Source: Candidatus Krumholzibacteriota bacterium (GTDB lineage: Bacteria > Krumholzibacteriota > Krumholzibacteriia > JAJRXK01). Taken from it: 64,000 nt of DNA. The position numbers and the translations under genes are program-made. The notes below the pieces were generated by a model. It had not been told where the DNA came from. It saw only the letters and a program-made list of their open reading frames with translations, and ran no database searches. The stretch is from positions 251,982-315,981 of the forward strand of contig JAJDAC010000022.1 in the NCBI GenBank assembly GCA_029262065.1, in the 5' to 3' direction. Below, one piece after another: positions 8,729 to 18,213 of the stretch. Every line of letters starts with the position of its first letter. Within the stretch, counting starts at the first letter, position 1.

Positions 8729-11116
8729 CTACGCGCGCCGAATCGAACGCGCGACGATCAGTATGAAACCCACGCCGGCCACCATGAACCAGATGAGTGG
8801 AGACGACGCTTGCGGCAACGGAGCCGCCGCCAGCGCGGCCACCGGCTCGTGCCCCGCGCCGATCAACACGAAGGCGGATCTATCGCGATGCGAGTACCCT
8901 TCGGCCGCCATCGCGGCACGAGCCGCACGGAGACTTTCATCACGAGGGGTCCCGGCCCGCAAGGCTCCGTAGAAGTGGGTCATGAACTGCGCCGCGGCGG
9001 CGTCTTCCACGTCCCACAGGCTCGCCACGATCGAACGGGCGCCCGCCACCAGAAACGATCGCGTCAACCCAAACGTACCCTCGCCCAAATAGACATAGCC
9101 GCCGCTGGTGCGGCAGGCGCTCAAGGTGACGAGGTCAGCCTCGAGCTGCAGCTCTTGTACTTCCGACGCCGCCAGCATTCCGTTGGAACCGGCCAACAGC
9201 AAACAGGACGTCTCCGGCGAGAAGTTTTGGACCAACGCGTGGGTGGCAAAATGCAGCACACTGGCATGCCGTACATGATCCTGATCGACCTGTTCCCGAC
9301 TGGCATCTTCGCCCATGTAGATATGCGCACCCTCGATGTCGAGCACGTTCACTTCGTCTCGCGCCCGTGGCAACCGCGAATCGGAGGCTTCTCCACGGAA
9401 GCTTCCCCAGGCCGAGGAACCGGCCGATCCTTCCGACAACACCGGGTCGGCAAAGGCCACGATGGTCTGGGTCGAGCGCGGCCGGGCAATCAGCGCTTCA
9501 AGCGAGCTGGCGCTGGGCAGATACGAAATTGCGAAACGATCACCCAGCGCACCCTGCGGATTGTCGGCCGTGGGAAACGGAAGCACCTCGAAAGGAAATC
9601 CGCTCAATTCGGTAGGCGCAACCAGGAACAGCCGTCGCACCAATGGGGGCAATTCAGCCAGGCCCGGTGGCAGCAGGGCTTCACCCAATCGCCCCAGGAC
9701 AGGCGCGCACGCCGCGTCGTCTGCTCCCGATGACATCAAGTCCAGGGCGGCTTGAGCATCTTTCAGAATTGGCGACAGGAAACTGCTCTCGAATGCTTGG
9801 CTGCCGCTCGGTTGAACGAGGATCGCCAATGTAGGGTTGAGCCGGGGGTCGTTGAACTGCAGCAGCACGGCGTCTTCCTGGCGCAATCGTGAACGCAGTT
9901 TCTCGATCGATATCGAGTCCTGTCCGTGGCCAAGATACTCGCGCAACAGAGGAGCACGCCCTCGTTCCAGACTGGCCCAGGCCGCATCGAGATCGTCGGC
10001 TATGTGATAGCAACGGGCCAACGCGGCGTAGACTTCTCCGCCGCTAGTGAACAGGCCCATCTGACTTTCGGTTTCCCCCAGCTTGGCGCGCTCCGACTCG
10101 TACAAATTGGCGGCATCGGACAACACGACCTGGGCCTCAACATGGCGACCCTGTTCCAGCATGATCGTGCCCAGGCTTGCTTCGTTCTGTAGGATCTGGG
10201 TGGGATCGCCCTGGCGCTCCACGATGGGCCGCAACTCAAGCGTTGCCTCCTCGGCCTCGGCGAACCGATCCAGCTCCAGCAGAAACCGCGCCCGCCCCAT
10301 GAGAGGCATGGGGATGTAGAGCTCGTCGCCCATCTGCCGCCGCAGAGCAATCGCCTCGTCCATGGTTACCAGTGCGGCGGCCACGTCGCTCAGCGCCTGT
10401 TGGGACAGCGCCTTGACGATCAGCCCCGAACTCAGCTGCAGCAGCCAGTTCTCGCGGCGGGCAATGGCAATGGCCGAATCTGCGTAGGCCACGGATTCTT
10501 GAAAGCGTCCCTGCCACTGCAATAGCTCCGACGCGCGGGCGTACGCTGAGCTCATCGATGCGGTGTTGTCCTGACTGCGCGCCAAGGGAATGGCCTTGGC
10601 ATTGGTTTCCACCGCCTCCAATACCCGGCCCAGCTTCATGTACGCCACCGAAAGGTTGCCCCAACTGCGAGCCAACATGAGCGTATCGGCCATGGCCTCG
10701 AAGCGCGGAATGTTTTGCTTGGTGTCCGCAATCATGCGCTCCAGGTCGCCCTGTAGAGCATAGGTAATCGACAGGCTCATCATGAGTTGCGCTTCGCGAC
10801 CCGGCAGCCCGGCCCGTTGCGCGATGGCAATGGCCCGTTCGAGCGTGGCTTGGGCGGCGGCAATGTCCGAACTCCGCGTCTGCAACTCGTTCAGGGAATC
10901 AAGAGCCAACGTAGCCAGGCTATCGTGCCCGGACGCTTCGAATGCGTCCGCCGCGTCGGCCATGCTGGCTCGCAACGCATCCAAATCCACTGCTTCTTGT
11001 TGCGAGCGGCGGTACCTCGACTCCAGCTCGGACCACCGGGTTTCGGCGTCCGAACCTTGGGCCATCGCCGAAGCCGCCAGAAAAAGAAATGAAACCGCGA
11101 GCGCGGCGAGCCGCAT
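8729..11116 (-). CDS. Exported TPR-repeat protein with C-terminal CHAT (caspase-like) protease domain and C-terminal TM anchor
   Basis: The internal Met at 11116 is followed by a signal peptide (MRLAALAVSFLFLAASAMAQG) and preceded by a GAGGGG ribosome-binding site; the upstream extension would overlap the next gene. A long TPR-like helical region follows. The CHAT domain has a His motif (VLHFATHA) and a Cys motif (LVTLSACRTSGG). A terminal hydrophobic helix is present (LIWFMVAGVGFILIV). Confidence 0.65.
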   Translation of the reverse strand: MRLAALAVSFLFLAASAMAQGSDAETRWSELESRYRRSQQEAVDLDALRASMADAADAFEASGHDSLATLALDSLNELQTRSSDIAAAQATLERAIAIAQRAGLPGREAQLMMSLSITYALQGDLERMIADTKQNIPRFEAMADTLMLARSWGNLSVAYMKLGRVLEAVETNAKAIPLARSQDNTASMSSAYARASELLQWQGRFQESVAYADSAIAIARRENWLLQLSSGLIVKALSQQALSDVAAALVTMDEAIALRRQMGDELYIPMPLMGRARFLLELDRFAEAEEATLELRPIVERQGDPTQILQNEASLGTIMLEQGRHVEAQVVLSDAANLYESERAKLGETESQMGLFTSGGEVYAALARCYHIADDLDAAWASLERGRAPLLREYLGHGQDSISIEKLRSRLRQEDAVLLQFNDPRLNPTLAILVQPSGSQAFESSFLSPILKDAQAALDLMSSGADDAACAPVLGRLGEALLPPGLAELPPLVRRLFLVAPTELSGFPFEVLPFPTADNPQGALGDRFAISYLPSASSLEALIARPRSTQTIVAFADPVLSEGSAGSSAWGSFRGEASDSRLPRARDEVNVLDIEGAHIYMGEDASREQVDQDHVRHASVLHFATHALVQNFSPETSCLLLAGSNGMLAASEVQELQLEADLVTLSACRTSGGYVYLGEGTFGLTRSFLVAGARSIVASLWDVEDAAAAQFMTHFYGALRAGTPRDESLRAARAAMAAEGYSHRDRSAFVLIGAGHEPVAALAAAPLPQASSPLIWFMVAGVGFILIVARSIRRA

Positions 11117-11198
11117 GTTCCTACCCCTCGTGTATGCAGTGCAGGCGAGTCCCCACGATGCTACACCAAGGTTCCCGGGCGCGTCTTGATCGGAGAAT

Positions 11199-12836
11199 TC
11201 AGCGGCGGCTGTCGTCGGTTTCGAGCTGCTCTCGGGCCAGGCGAGCCTCGAGTCCAGCCTGCTGATGATCGGGATACGCCCGCAGGACACGATTCGCCTC
11301 CGAAAGCGCCTCGCGTGGCCGTCCCTGGAGCCGGTAGACGGTCGCGAGACGTACGGAAATGGACAGATTTTGCGGTGAGTAGCGCGCCGCATCGCGATAA
11401 CACTGCTCGGCATCGACCAGACGTCCCTGCCCGACCAGCAGATCTCCCAGCTTCCAGACCGCCCGCCAGTCGGCGGGAAGCAGCTCCAACGCCCGCCGGA
11501 ACGCTGCCTCGGCCGTCGAAGCGTCGCCGCGGCTGGCCGCGGCATCCCCTTCACGAACTCGCGCCAGCGCGGCCACCACATCCTTTGGATCGGTCAGCAC
11601 CGTGAGCTCGTCGTCGTCGCCCGAGATGTACCCCAACGACGCCAGCATGTTGCGGGTCTGAGCGTCCATCCGGCCTTTCATGTCGGGTCGTACGCCGGTG
11701 AACCACTCCAAGGGATGTTGCTCACGCAGAGTTTGTTCCATGGCCAACGCTTGCTCGGACCCGGCAAGGTTCGCAGCTTCACGGGAATCCGCCGACAGGT
11801 CATATAGCTCGGCGCGTGGCGCGGCTATGTATTTCCAGTTGTCCAGACGAATGCTCGCCAGGGGCGAAGCTCCGTGGTTGTGGAAGGGAACCATGGTTTC
11901 CGAAAGCAACGGGCGACCCGAACGCGGCTTTGCCGCCAGCAACGACACCGACGGCGTCGGGGCCGGAGCGTCCAGCCCACCGAACTCACGCAGGGTGGCC
12001 GCCACATCGATCGTCGATACGGCCGCGGAAACTCTCAAGTTCGCTACCGTCGCATTGGGATCCACCACGATCAACGGAACGTGGATGGTGGACTGATACA
12101 GGAGCAAACCATGTTGCTCCTCGCCGTGCTCGCCCAAACCCTCGCCATGGTCTGATGTAACGATGATCGCCAGGTCCGAGGAGTCGAGACCATCCAGTAG
12201 CACCCTGATCTGGGAATCGACGTAGGAAATCTCCTCATCGTACCGGTCGCGATCGACCGGCCCGGCATGATCGACGTAGGGATGGTGCGGATCGAAGTAG
12301 TGGACCCAGAGAAACCGGGGCCGACCAGCCATGGAGCGCCACGCTTTCAGGGCCGCCGCGGTCGATGTGCCGGCGTCTCGTTCGTGCGCGTCTGCGGATA
12401 GGCCGTCTTCGTCGTAGATCTCGAATGCGCGGGCCAGGCCGTAGCGGGAGCCCAGCACCGTGGAACTCACGACCGCCGCGGTGGCGTAGCCAGATTCGCC
12501 AAGTTCACGCGGAACCAGGGAAACCGACTCGGTGGCCGGCATTCCATTGCTGCGGCTGGCATGCTCATGCGGATACAAGCCCGTCAGCATCGAGCTATGC
12601 GACGGCAGGGTCAGCGGGCTCGTACTCATGGCGTTTTCGTACAGGATGCCGACCGAAGCCAACGAGTCGAGGGTGGCGGTTGCCGCCCGCGAATAGCCGT
12701 ATGCGCCCAGGCGATCAGCCCGCAGCGTGTCGATGGTTATGAGCACAATGTCCGGCTGGTTTCGTGAACCACACGAAACCGATGACAACGCACCCAGCCC
12801 CAGAAGGAGGCACCAGAGTTGACGGATCTTTGGCAA
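11199..12836 (-). CDS. Sulfatase-like hydrolase/transferase (alkaline phosphatase superfamily) fused to C-terminal TPR repeats; lipoprotein
   Basis: Lipobox ALSSVSC. Classic sulfatase N-terminus (DIVLITIDTLRADRLGAYGY). At the nucleophile position the sequence is STSPLTLPSH (Thr/Ser), not the formylglycine CxPxR motif, so it is probably not a true sulfatase. The C-terminal ~110 aa are TPR-like. Confidence 0.65.
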   Translation of the reverse strand: MPKIRQLWCLLLGLGALSSVSCGSRNQPDIVLITIDTLRADRLGAYGYSRAATATLDSLASVGILYENAMSTSPLTLPSHSSMLTGLYPHEHASRSNGMPATESVSLVPRELGESGYATAAVVSSTVLGSRYGLARAFEIYDEDGLSADAHERDAGTSTAAALKAWRSMAGRPRFLWVHYFDPHHPYVDHAGPVDRDRYDEEISYVDSQIRVLLDGLDSSDLAIIVTSDHGEGLGEHGEEQHGLLLYQSTIHVPLIVVDPNATVANLRVSAAVSTIDVAATLREFGGLDAPAPTPSVSLLAAKPRSGRPLLSETMVPFHNHGASPLASIRLDNWKYIAAPRAELYDLSADSREAANLAGSEQALAMEQTLREQHPLEWFTGVRPDMKGRMDAQTRNMLASLGYISGDDDELTVLTDPKDVVAALARVREGDAAASRGDASTAEAAFRRALELLPADWRAVWKLGDLLVGQGRLVDAEQCYRDAARYSPQNLSISVRLATVYRLQGRPREALSEANRVLRAYPDHQQAGLEARLAREQLETDDSRR

Positions 12837-12984
12837 GGTCGATGATGGGGCCCGCTAGCAGCCCCGGCGAAAGCCTGAGTTCCTGACGCCCGGGGAATGG
12901 GTAGGCGTCGCGGATTTAGTGGCGGGATGCGGGGATAGGGTCCCTTGCTGGAAACTACGGTCGACAGCAAGATAAGGTTTCCGA

Positions 12985-14211
12985 TTAGCCACCAAACGCA
13001 TCGAGAACATTCAACACCTGCGCAATGTCAGCCTCGGTATGCGCGGCGTTGATCTGGAATCGTATCGTATCGTCGCCGCGAGGCACCACGGGAAACGCCA
13101 GTCCCACGACCAGGATTCCCTGTTCGAAGAAATGCTGGACCATCGCGCGGGTTTTCTGGGTATCACGAACCATCAGGGGAACCACGGGATGTGGCCCCTC
13201 GATCGATTCCTTGCCCAGTGCCTGCAGGCCGTCGCGAAACTGCGCCACGCGAGCCCGCAGGTGGGACAAGCGTTCCTGGCCCATCGGGCCGTCCACCAGA
13301 TCGACCGACGCCTTGGCGGCCGCGGCGTCGGCAACACTCAAGGGGTTGGTGTAGATATAGGTGTCCGCCTTCTGACGGACCGCCTCGATCACCTCGGCAC
13401 TGGACGCCACGAAGCCACCGTTCACGCCGAAGCCCTTGCCAAACGTCCCTACGACAATGTCGGCCGCCGTATCGCAGTACTCCTCGGTGCCACGCCCCGA
13501 CGCGCCGTAGGCGGCGATGCCGTGGCTATCATCGACAACCGTCACGAGTCCCTGGGGAAAGCGATCCCGGTGCTGGGCGCATAGCGCCTGGATCTGTTCC
13601 ATGGGAGCGTTGTCACCTCGCATCGAGAAGATACCGTCAAAGATCACCACCACGCGCTCGACACCACCCGGTATGCCTTCGAGGCAACGCTGCAGGTGAT
13701 CCATGTCGTTGTGTTTGAAAATGGCCTTGTTCTCGCGCGCAACGTTCGCGATGCGCATGGCGCGGATGATGCAGTTGTGGTTGAGCTCGTCGCCCACCCA
13801 GTACGTTTGCTTGTTCTGGATGGCCAGCGCCAACCCCAGGTTGGCCGTGTACGCCGAATTGAAGATCTTCGCCGCCGGCTTCGACATGAATTGCGCGATC
13901 CGCGTTTCCAGAGCCTCGTGGGCGTCGAACGTTCCATCGATGAAGCGCACGGCGCCCGGCCCCACACCGAACTCACGCGCGGCCACGTCGGCGGCCTCGA
14001 TCAATTCGGGCACGTGCGACATGGATAGGTAGCTGTTCGAGTTCATGCGCAAGTACTCGGTATCCGAACCGCGTAAACGATAGCGTGGCCCACGGCCGTC
14101 ATGGCTTGGCACGTACCCATCGATGATTCGCTCGGGCGCCTTGGCGCGCCCTTCTTCCACCATGGCCGCCACGTCGTTCTTCAGCGCCGAATTCATCTTG
14201 TCCAGGGTCAT
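12985..14211 (-). CDS. kbl: 2-amino-3-ketobutyrate CoA ligase (glycine C-acetyltransferase), alpha-oxoamine synthase family
   Basis: Begins at the internal Met (MTLDKM). The N-terminal region matches E. coli Kbl closely (ERII..., YLS..HPELIEAA...GxGxxxVRFIxGTxDxHxxLExxxAxF). PLP-lysine block GTFGKGFGVNGGFVASS. BioF or serine palmitoyltransferase relatives cannot be fully excluded. Confidence 0.65.
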   Translation of the reverse strand: MTLDKMNSALKNDVAAMVEEGRAKAPERIIDGYVPSHDGRGPRYRLRGSDTEYLRMNSNSYLSMSHVPELIEAADVAAREFGVGPGAVRFIDGTFDAHEALETRIAQFMSKPAAKIFNSAYTANLGLALAIQNKQTYWVGDELNHNCIIRAMRIANVARENKAIFKHNDMDHLQRCLEGIPGGVERVVVIFDGIFSMRGDNAPMEQIQALCAQHRDRFPQGLVTVVDDSHGIAAYGASGRGTEEYCDTAADIVVGTFGKGFGVNGGFVASSAEVIEAVRQKADTYIYTNPLSVADAAAAKASVDLVDGPMGQERLSHLRARVAQFRDGLQALGKESIEGPHPVVPLMVRDTQKTRAMVQHFFEQGILVVGLAFPVVPRGDDTIRFQINAAHTEADIAQVLNVLDAFGG

Positions 14212-14319
14212 GGTACGGAGTGCCTCGTGCGTGGGTGGTGAAAGTTGCCAAGGCAGGATTCTGCCAGCCGGCGTGCATCTCGACAACCCGCACGACGGTC
14301 GCACTGACGAGGGCTTGCC

Positions 14320-14372
14320 TACATCTTTGAAAGTTTGTATTATTTTTCAATAATCAATCTGCCCTGAAACCC
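14320..14372 (+). promoter_or_regulatory. AT-rich divergent promoter/operator island between kbl and the HTH regulator (TTGAAA-17-ATAATC; inverted repeat ATTATT-N4-AATAAT)
   Basis: A ~50-bp AT-rich patch in otherwise ~65% GC DNA. It carries a sigma70-like -35/-10 pair with 17-bp spacing oriented toward the regulator gene at 14385, and a 6-4-6 inverted repeat that overlaps the -10. Confidence 0.35.
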
Positions 14373-14384
14373 ACGGACACGGTC

Positions 14385-14942
14385 ATGGCCCAGGAAATTC
14401 GGGATCCGGAGCAGATCGCGGTACTGGCGTCTGGCATCCGGCAAAACATCGTGGATTACGCGGAAGCCCTCGGGCCCTGCTCGGTGGCCGATCTGGCCCG
14501 GGCGCTCGGGCGTGCCGCCGACTCCCTCTACTATCACGTGCGAATCCTATTGCGGGCTGAGCTGTTGGTGGAACGCGGCACGCGAGGCGAAGGAAGAGAA
14601 GCCGAGGCCTTGGTTGATGTGGCGGCCCGCCCGCTGGCAATTCGCTACGACGACGAAAACGACAACAATCTCGACGCGGTCCGTGACCTTTCGGCGGCCA
14701 TGCTGCGCCTGGCCCAGCGCGATTTCAGCCGCGGGCTGGCAGCCCCCGACGTGCGATTGCACGGACCACGCCGCCAGGTCTGGACGGGTCGGCACGTGGG
14801 CCGGTTGACCAGAGACGAACTGGCCGCCGTGAACGCCCACGTGGAAGCGATTGGTCGAATCTTTCTAAGCAGCTACCAACGACGCGATGGGCATCTTCAG
14901 ACCTTCACGTTTTCCAGCGCCCCTGTTGCCCCCAATGATTAG
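14385..14942 (+). CDS. Winged-helix (ArsR/MarR-like) transcriptional regulator
   Basis: 185 aa. An HTH-like segment (PCSVADLARALGRAADSLYYHVRILLRAELLV) lies near the N-terminus. Divergent from kbl; upstream of the aspartic protease. Confidence 0.45.
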   Translation: MAQEIRDPEQIAVLASGIRQNIVDYAEALGPCSVADLARALGRAADSLYYHVRILLRAELLVERGTRGEGREAEALVDVAARPLAIRYDDENDNNLDAVRDLSAAMLRLAQRDFSRGLAAPDVRLHGPRRQVWTGRHVGRLTRDELAAVNAHVEAIGRIFLSSYQRRDGHLQTFTFSSAPVAPND

Positions 14943-14964
14943 AAACAAGTCCAGGAGGAAGACG

Positions 14965-16470
14965 ATGGTCAGAATCTTCAGCTTGATGGTGACGCTGATC
15001 GCCATGTCGAGCGCGCCCGCGCTGGCTTCGGACCTGTACGAAAGAGTACGGGAGGCCAGTGGTTCACCTACGTCGTCCGCCGGCATTCACCTGACCGGCG
15101 ACGCATTCTTCGTGGGCGAGGAGTGCGATTTTGAATTGCAGCTATCGGGCACCGGGCTCTATCGACGCGAATTTCGCGGACCGATTTCGCTACTGACCGT
15201 CGACGATGGAAGTCCGGCATGGGAACGCGACTGGTCGAACACGGTTCGCACCCTGGCGATGGCCGACCTCGAAAAACCGCGTTTCTTCACGTGGTTGACC
15301 AGCGGCTATTGGCTGCGAGAACCCACGGCGTTTGACGTGGTGGAGGGCGAGGCGCCCAATACGCTCGAACTGACGCTGCGCGGAGGCATCGAGGGAGGCA
15401 CACTTTGGATCGACCCCCAGACCCTTCTGCCGGCCCGACTGGTTCAGATTGAAGACGAACAGGAGACGATCACCACGTTCGCGAAGTACGAGCGGCTGGG
15501 CGAACTCCTGGTGCCCATGCACGTGGAAACCACCAATCCCGTGGGTGAACTCACCTGGGTGAAGGTCTCAAATGCTGGCCCGCTCGATGCCTCGGAGTTC
15601 GGCGAACCTTGGTCTCGGCCTACTTCCACCCCCGCTCGTTTCGAGCCGGGCCTCGACCTGGTAACCCAGGTCGCACCCACGGGACACCTGCTGGTCCAGG
15701 TCCGCGTCAACGGCCACGAACCAGGTTGGTTCATTTTCGACACGGGAGCCGGCGGACACTGCATATCCTCAACGGTTCCCTACATCGATGAACTCCAGAA
15801 GCACGGACAACAGACAGTGGGCGGCGTGGGTGGAAGCGTCACCGCCCCGTACCGCGTGGGAAGTGAACTACAGATCGGGCCCGTCACCATGGATGAACCC
15901 TGGTTCATCGAACTGGACCTGGCGTTTCTGGAGGGACCCATGAACGCGCGCATCGACGGCATCGTGGGCTTCGACCTGCTTTCGCGCTGCGTGGCCGACA
16001 TCGATCTACCGAACGGAGTGGTCGAGCTATTCGATCCGCAAACCTATGAACTCTCGGGAGCCAAGTGGGAGAAGTTGGTGCTGGCTTCCCGCCACCCCAG
16101 TGTGCGAGCGCAACTGGAGGGCGGTCGGTCTGGCCAATTCAAGATCGACACCGGTGCCGCCGGAAGCACGGTGACATTCCACGCCCCGTACGTGGAATCA
16201 TCGGGCCTGCTGTTGTTTCGCGATACCGACTCCAGCACCAGCGGTGGTGTGGCGGGAACCGTCGAAACCCGAAGCGGAGAAATCTCATCGTTCGAACTGG
16301 GTGGTCATCGATTCGAAGACGTGTTCGCGGAGTTCGCGCTGGAGCACAAAGGTGCGTTCGCGAACAAATACACGGCCGGAAACATCGGCGGCCAATTGCT
16401 CAAGCCGTTCCGGCTGGTGCTGAACTACCCGCGCGAAACCCTCGCGTTCGTTCCACGCGGTCCGCAGTAG
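14965..16470 (+). CDS. Secreted pseudo-dimeric retropepsin-like (clan AA) aspartic protease with two DTGA active-site motifs
   Basis: AGGAGG ribosome-binding site 6 nt upstream of the ATG at 14965. Signal peptide MVRIFSLMVTLIAMSSAPALA. Two tandem Asp_protease_2-like halves (VNGHEPGWFIFDTGAGGHCIS.. and GQFKIDTGAAGSTVTF..). The ~230-aa N-terminal domain is of unknown type. Confidence 0.6.
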   Translation: MVRIFSLMVTLIAMSSAPALASDLYERVREASGSPTSSAGIHLTGDAFFVGEECDFELQLSGTGLYRREFRGPISLLTVDDGSPAWERDWSNTVRTLAMADLEKPRFFTWLTSGYWLREPTAFDVVEGEAPNTLELTLRGGIEGGTLWIDPQTLLPARLVQIEDEQETITTFAKYERLGELLVPMHVETTNPVGELTWVKVSNAGPLDASEFGEPWSRPTSTPARFEPGLDLVTQVAPTGHLLVQVRVNGHEPGWFIFDTGAGGHCISSTVPYIDELQKHGQQTVGGVGGSVTAPYRVGSELQIGPVTMDEPWFIELDLAFLEGPMNARIDGIVGFDLLSRCVADIDLPNGVVELFDPQTYELSGAKWEKLVLASRHPSVRAQLEGGRSGQFKIDTGAAGSTVTFHAPYVESSGLLLFRDTDSSTSGGVAGTVETRSGEISSFELGGHRFEDVFAEFALEHKGAFANKYTAGNIGGQLLKPFRLVLNYPRETLAFVPRGPQ

Positions 16471-16480
16471 GCAACGTCGC

Positions 16481-18184
16481 CTAGTGGGAGGCCCCGGTCG
16501 ACACTCCCGCTCCGTCGCCTTCCTGGCTGGGAGCGGGGTCTGCAATCGGTGGCGCCACGGGGCGTGGTTTGCGGGGCATCTTCTCGGCTCGGTTGGCCGC
16601 ATGATAGACCAAGGACGCCAGCACCGCGGCCGACCGCTTGAGGTCTTCGGGCACCAGGTAGTCGTAGGTGTCGAGATGGCTGTGGTGCGTCAATGCGAAA
16701 TAGTTCATGGGATCCTGGATGAACTGAAACGCGGGCAGACCCACGTCGTTGAACGGCACATGGTCGGTACTGGTGGTACCGTTCAGCGTGACCTGGGTGG
16801 CTCCCAGGTCGTGGACTGGCTTCAACCAGGATTCCAGGACGGCCCCCGCCGCGACATTGCCCTCGGCGTAGATACCGCGGATACGGCCCGAACCGTTGTC
16901 CAGGTTGAAGTAGACCGAAAACCGATCGTGAGCCGGGCGATACTCGATGGGCCACTGCTTGTCGTACATCCCCGGGGATAGTAGCTCGGCCCCCTCCACT
17001 TCGGGCGCCGGTCGCGACGCGAAGGTCTGGCCCACGTACGCGGTCGAACCCAGCAAACCCTGCTCTTCGCCGGTCCACAGTCCCACGCGAACCGTGCGGG
17101 CCAACGGAAGGTCCAACGCACGGAGAATACGCACCGCCTCCATCACCACGGCGCAACTACCTCCGTTGTCGGTGGCACCGTCTCCGGACTGGTAGGAATC
17201 GAGGTGCGCGCCCAACATCACCACCTCGTCGCGTTTCTTGCCGCCGGGAATCTCAGCTACGACGTTGTGGCCCATGCCACCGTTATCGTGGAACTTCGCC
17301 TTCACGTTGATTTCGAGCTCCACCTCTTGTCCATCATCGAGCAACCGCACCAGGCGATTGTAGGCCTCTGACGAAAGCCCCACGGCCGGGACACCGCGCG
17401 CGCCGCCGGACCGGTGCGACCCTCCGCGTCCTACTCGCAGAATGCCGCCGTCACGTGAGCTGATACCAACCACGGCGAGGGCACCCTCCTCCACGAGAAA
17501 CTCGTTGAGCACAAGCCGGAACAGATATCGCTTCTTGAACTTCGTGCGCCACTCCGCCGGCTTGCCATCGGGAACCTGGAAATCGTACTGCTCGGCCAAC
17601 TCGTCGGAGTCCAACCTCTGAAGATCTCGCTTGGCCTCGAGATCGACATCTCGTGGTTCGTCGATCAATAGGATCTTGCCCTTCAGCGTCCCCCTCAGTT
17701 CCTCCAGATCCTCTTCTTCCTTGGCCTCGAGCCTGACCACCGAACCCTTCACGGGCCCGTCGGTTCCAGGAGTCCAGCCCTGGGGCATGGCCGGCAGCAT
17801 GGCGGGACGAGGCGAGGTCATGTGAACCGAACAGTGTTGCCAGTCCCACCCATCACCGAACTCGTAGGGTACGCGCTCGCCTTCGAGGCCCCATTCGGCC
17901 ATCGTCGCCAAGGACCAGCGTTGGGCTTCATGCGCCGCCGGTGATCCGGTAACACGTGGGCCGATGACATCGGCCAGGTGGCGGGCGAGGTCCATCACCT
18001 GCGAACGGTGAAAGGCTTCGTTGCGAATCCGATTCACCACGTCAAGGTCGACGGGTTCCTCGGCGCGCGAGTTCGAAGAAAACGGAAGGATCACCGGCAA
18101 GGCCAAGACGAGGGCCCACACCGGGTGCGAACGCAGGGCGAAATTCAGCGAGGTCATCGTTGAGCTCCGGGGTAGAGTTGGCAA
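16481..18184 (-). CDS. M28-family zinc aminopeptidase with PA domain, secreted
   Basis: Signal peptide. M28 metal-ligand blocks (HNVVAEIPG.., MLGAHLDSYQSGDGATDNGGSCA, GEEQGLLGS, HHSHLDTYD). Confidence 0.75.
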   Translation of the reverse strand: MPTLPRSSTMTSLNFALRSHPVWALVLALPVILPFSSNSRAEEPVDLDVVNRIRNEAFHRSQVMDLARHLADVIGPRVTGSPAAHEAQRWSLATMAEWGLEGERVPYEFGDGWDWQHCSVHMTSPRPAMLPAMPQGWTPGTDGPVKGSVVRLEAKEEEDLEELRGTLKGKILLIDEPRDVDLEAKRDLQRLDSDELAEQYDFQVPDGKPAEWRTKFKKRYLFRLVLNEFLVEEGALAVVGISSRDGGILRVGRGGSHRSGGARGVPAVGLSSEAYNRLVRLLDDGQEVELEINVKAKFHDNGGMGHNVVAEIPGGKKRDEVVMLGAHLDSYQSGDGATDNGGSCAVVMEAVRILRALDLPLARTVRVGLWTGEEQGLLGSTAYVGQTFASRPAPEVEGAELLSPGMYDKQWPIEYRPAHDRFSVYFNLDNGSGRIRGIYAEGNVAAGAVLESWLKPVHDLGATQVTLNGTTSTDHVPFNDVGLPAFQFIQDPMNYFALTHHSHLDTYDYLVPEDLKRSAAVLASLVYHAANRAEKMPRKPRPVAPPIADPAPSQEGDGAGVSTGASH

Positions 18185-18213
18185 TCACCCTACCACCGGA
18201 GCCCAAATGGGGT

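Noticed and set aside
8729-11581. N-terminal 155-aa extension of the TPR-CHAT ORF (start at 11581).
   Set aside because: It would overlap the sulfatase-like gene by ~380 nt and is Arg/Pro-rich. The internal Met at 11116 has a ribosome-binding site and is immediately followed by a signal peptide.
12985-14304. kbl gene as a serine palmitoyltransferase (sphingolipid synthesis), which would be notable.
   Set aside because: The N-terminal block (ERII..VRFIxGTxDxHxxLE) matches Kbl better than SPT. There are no adjacent sphingolipid genes. Kept as kbl with a caveat.
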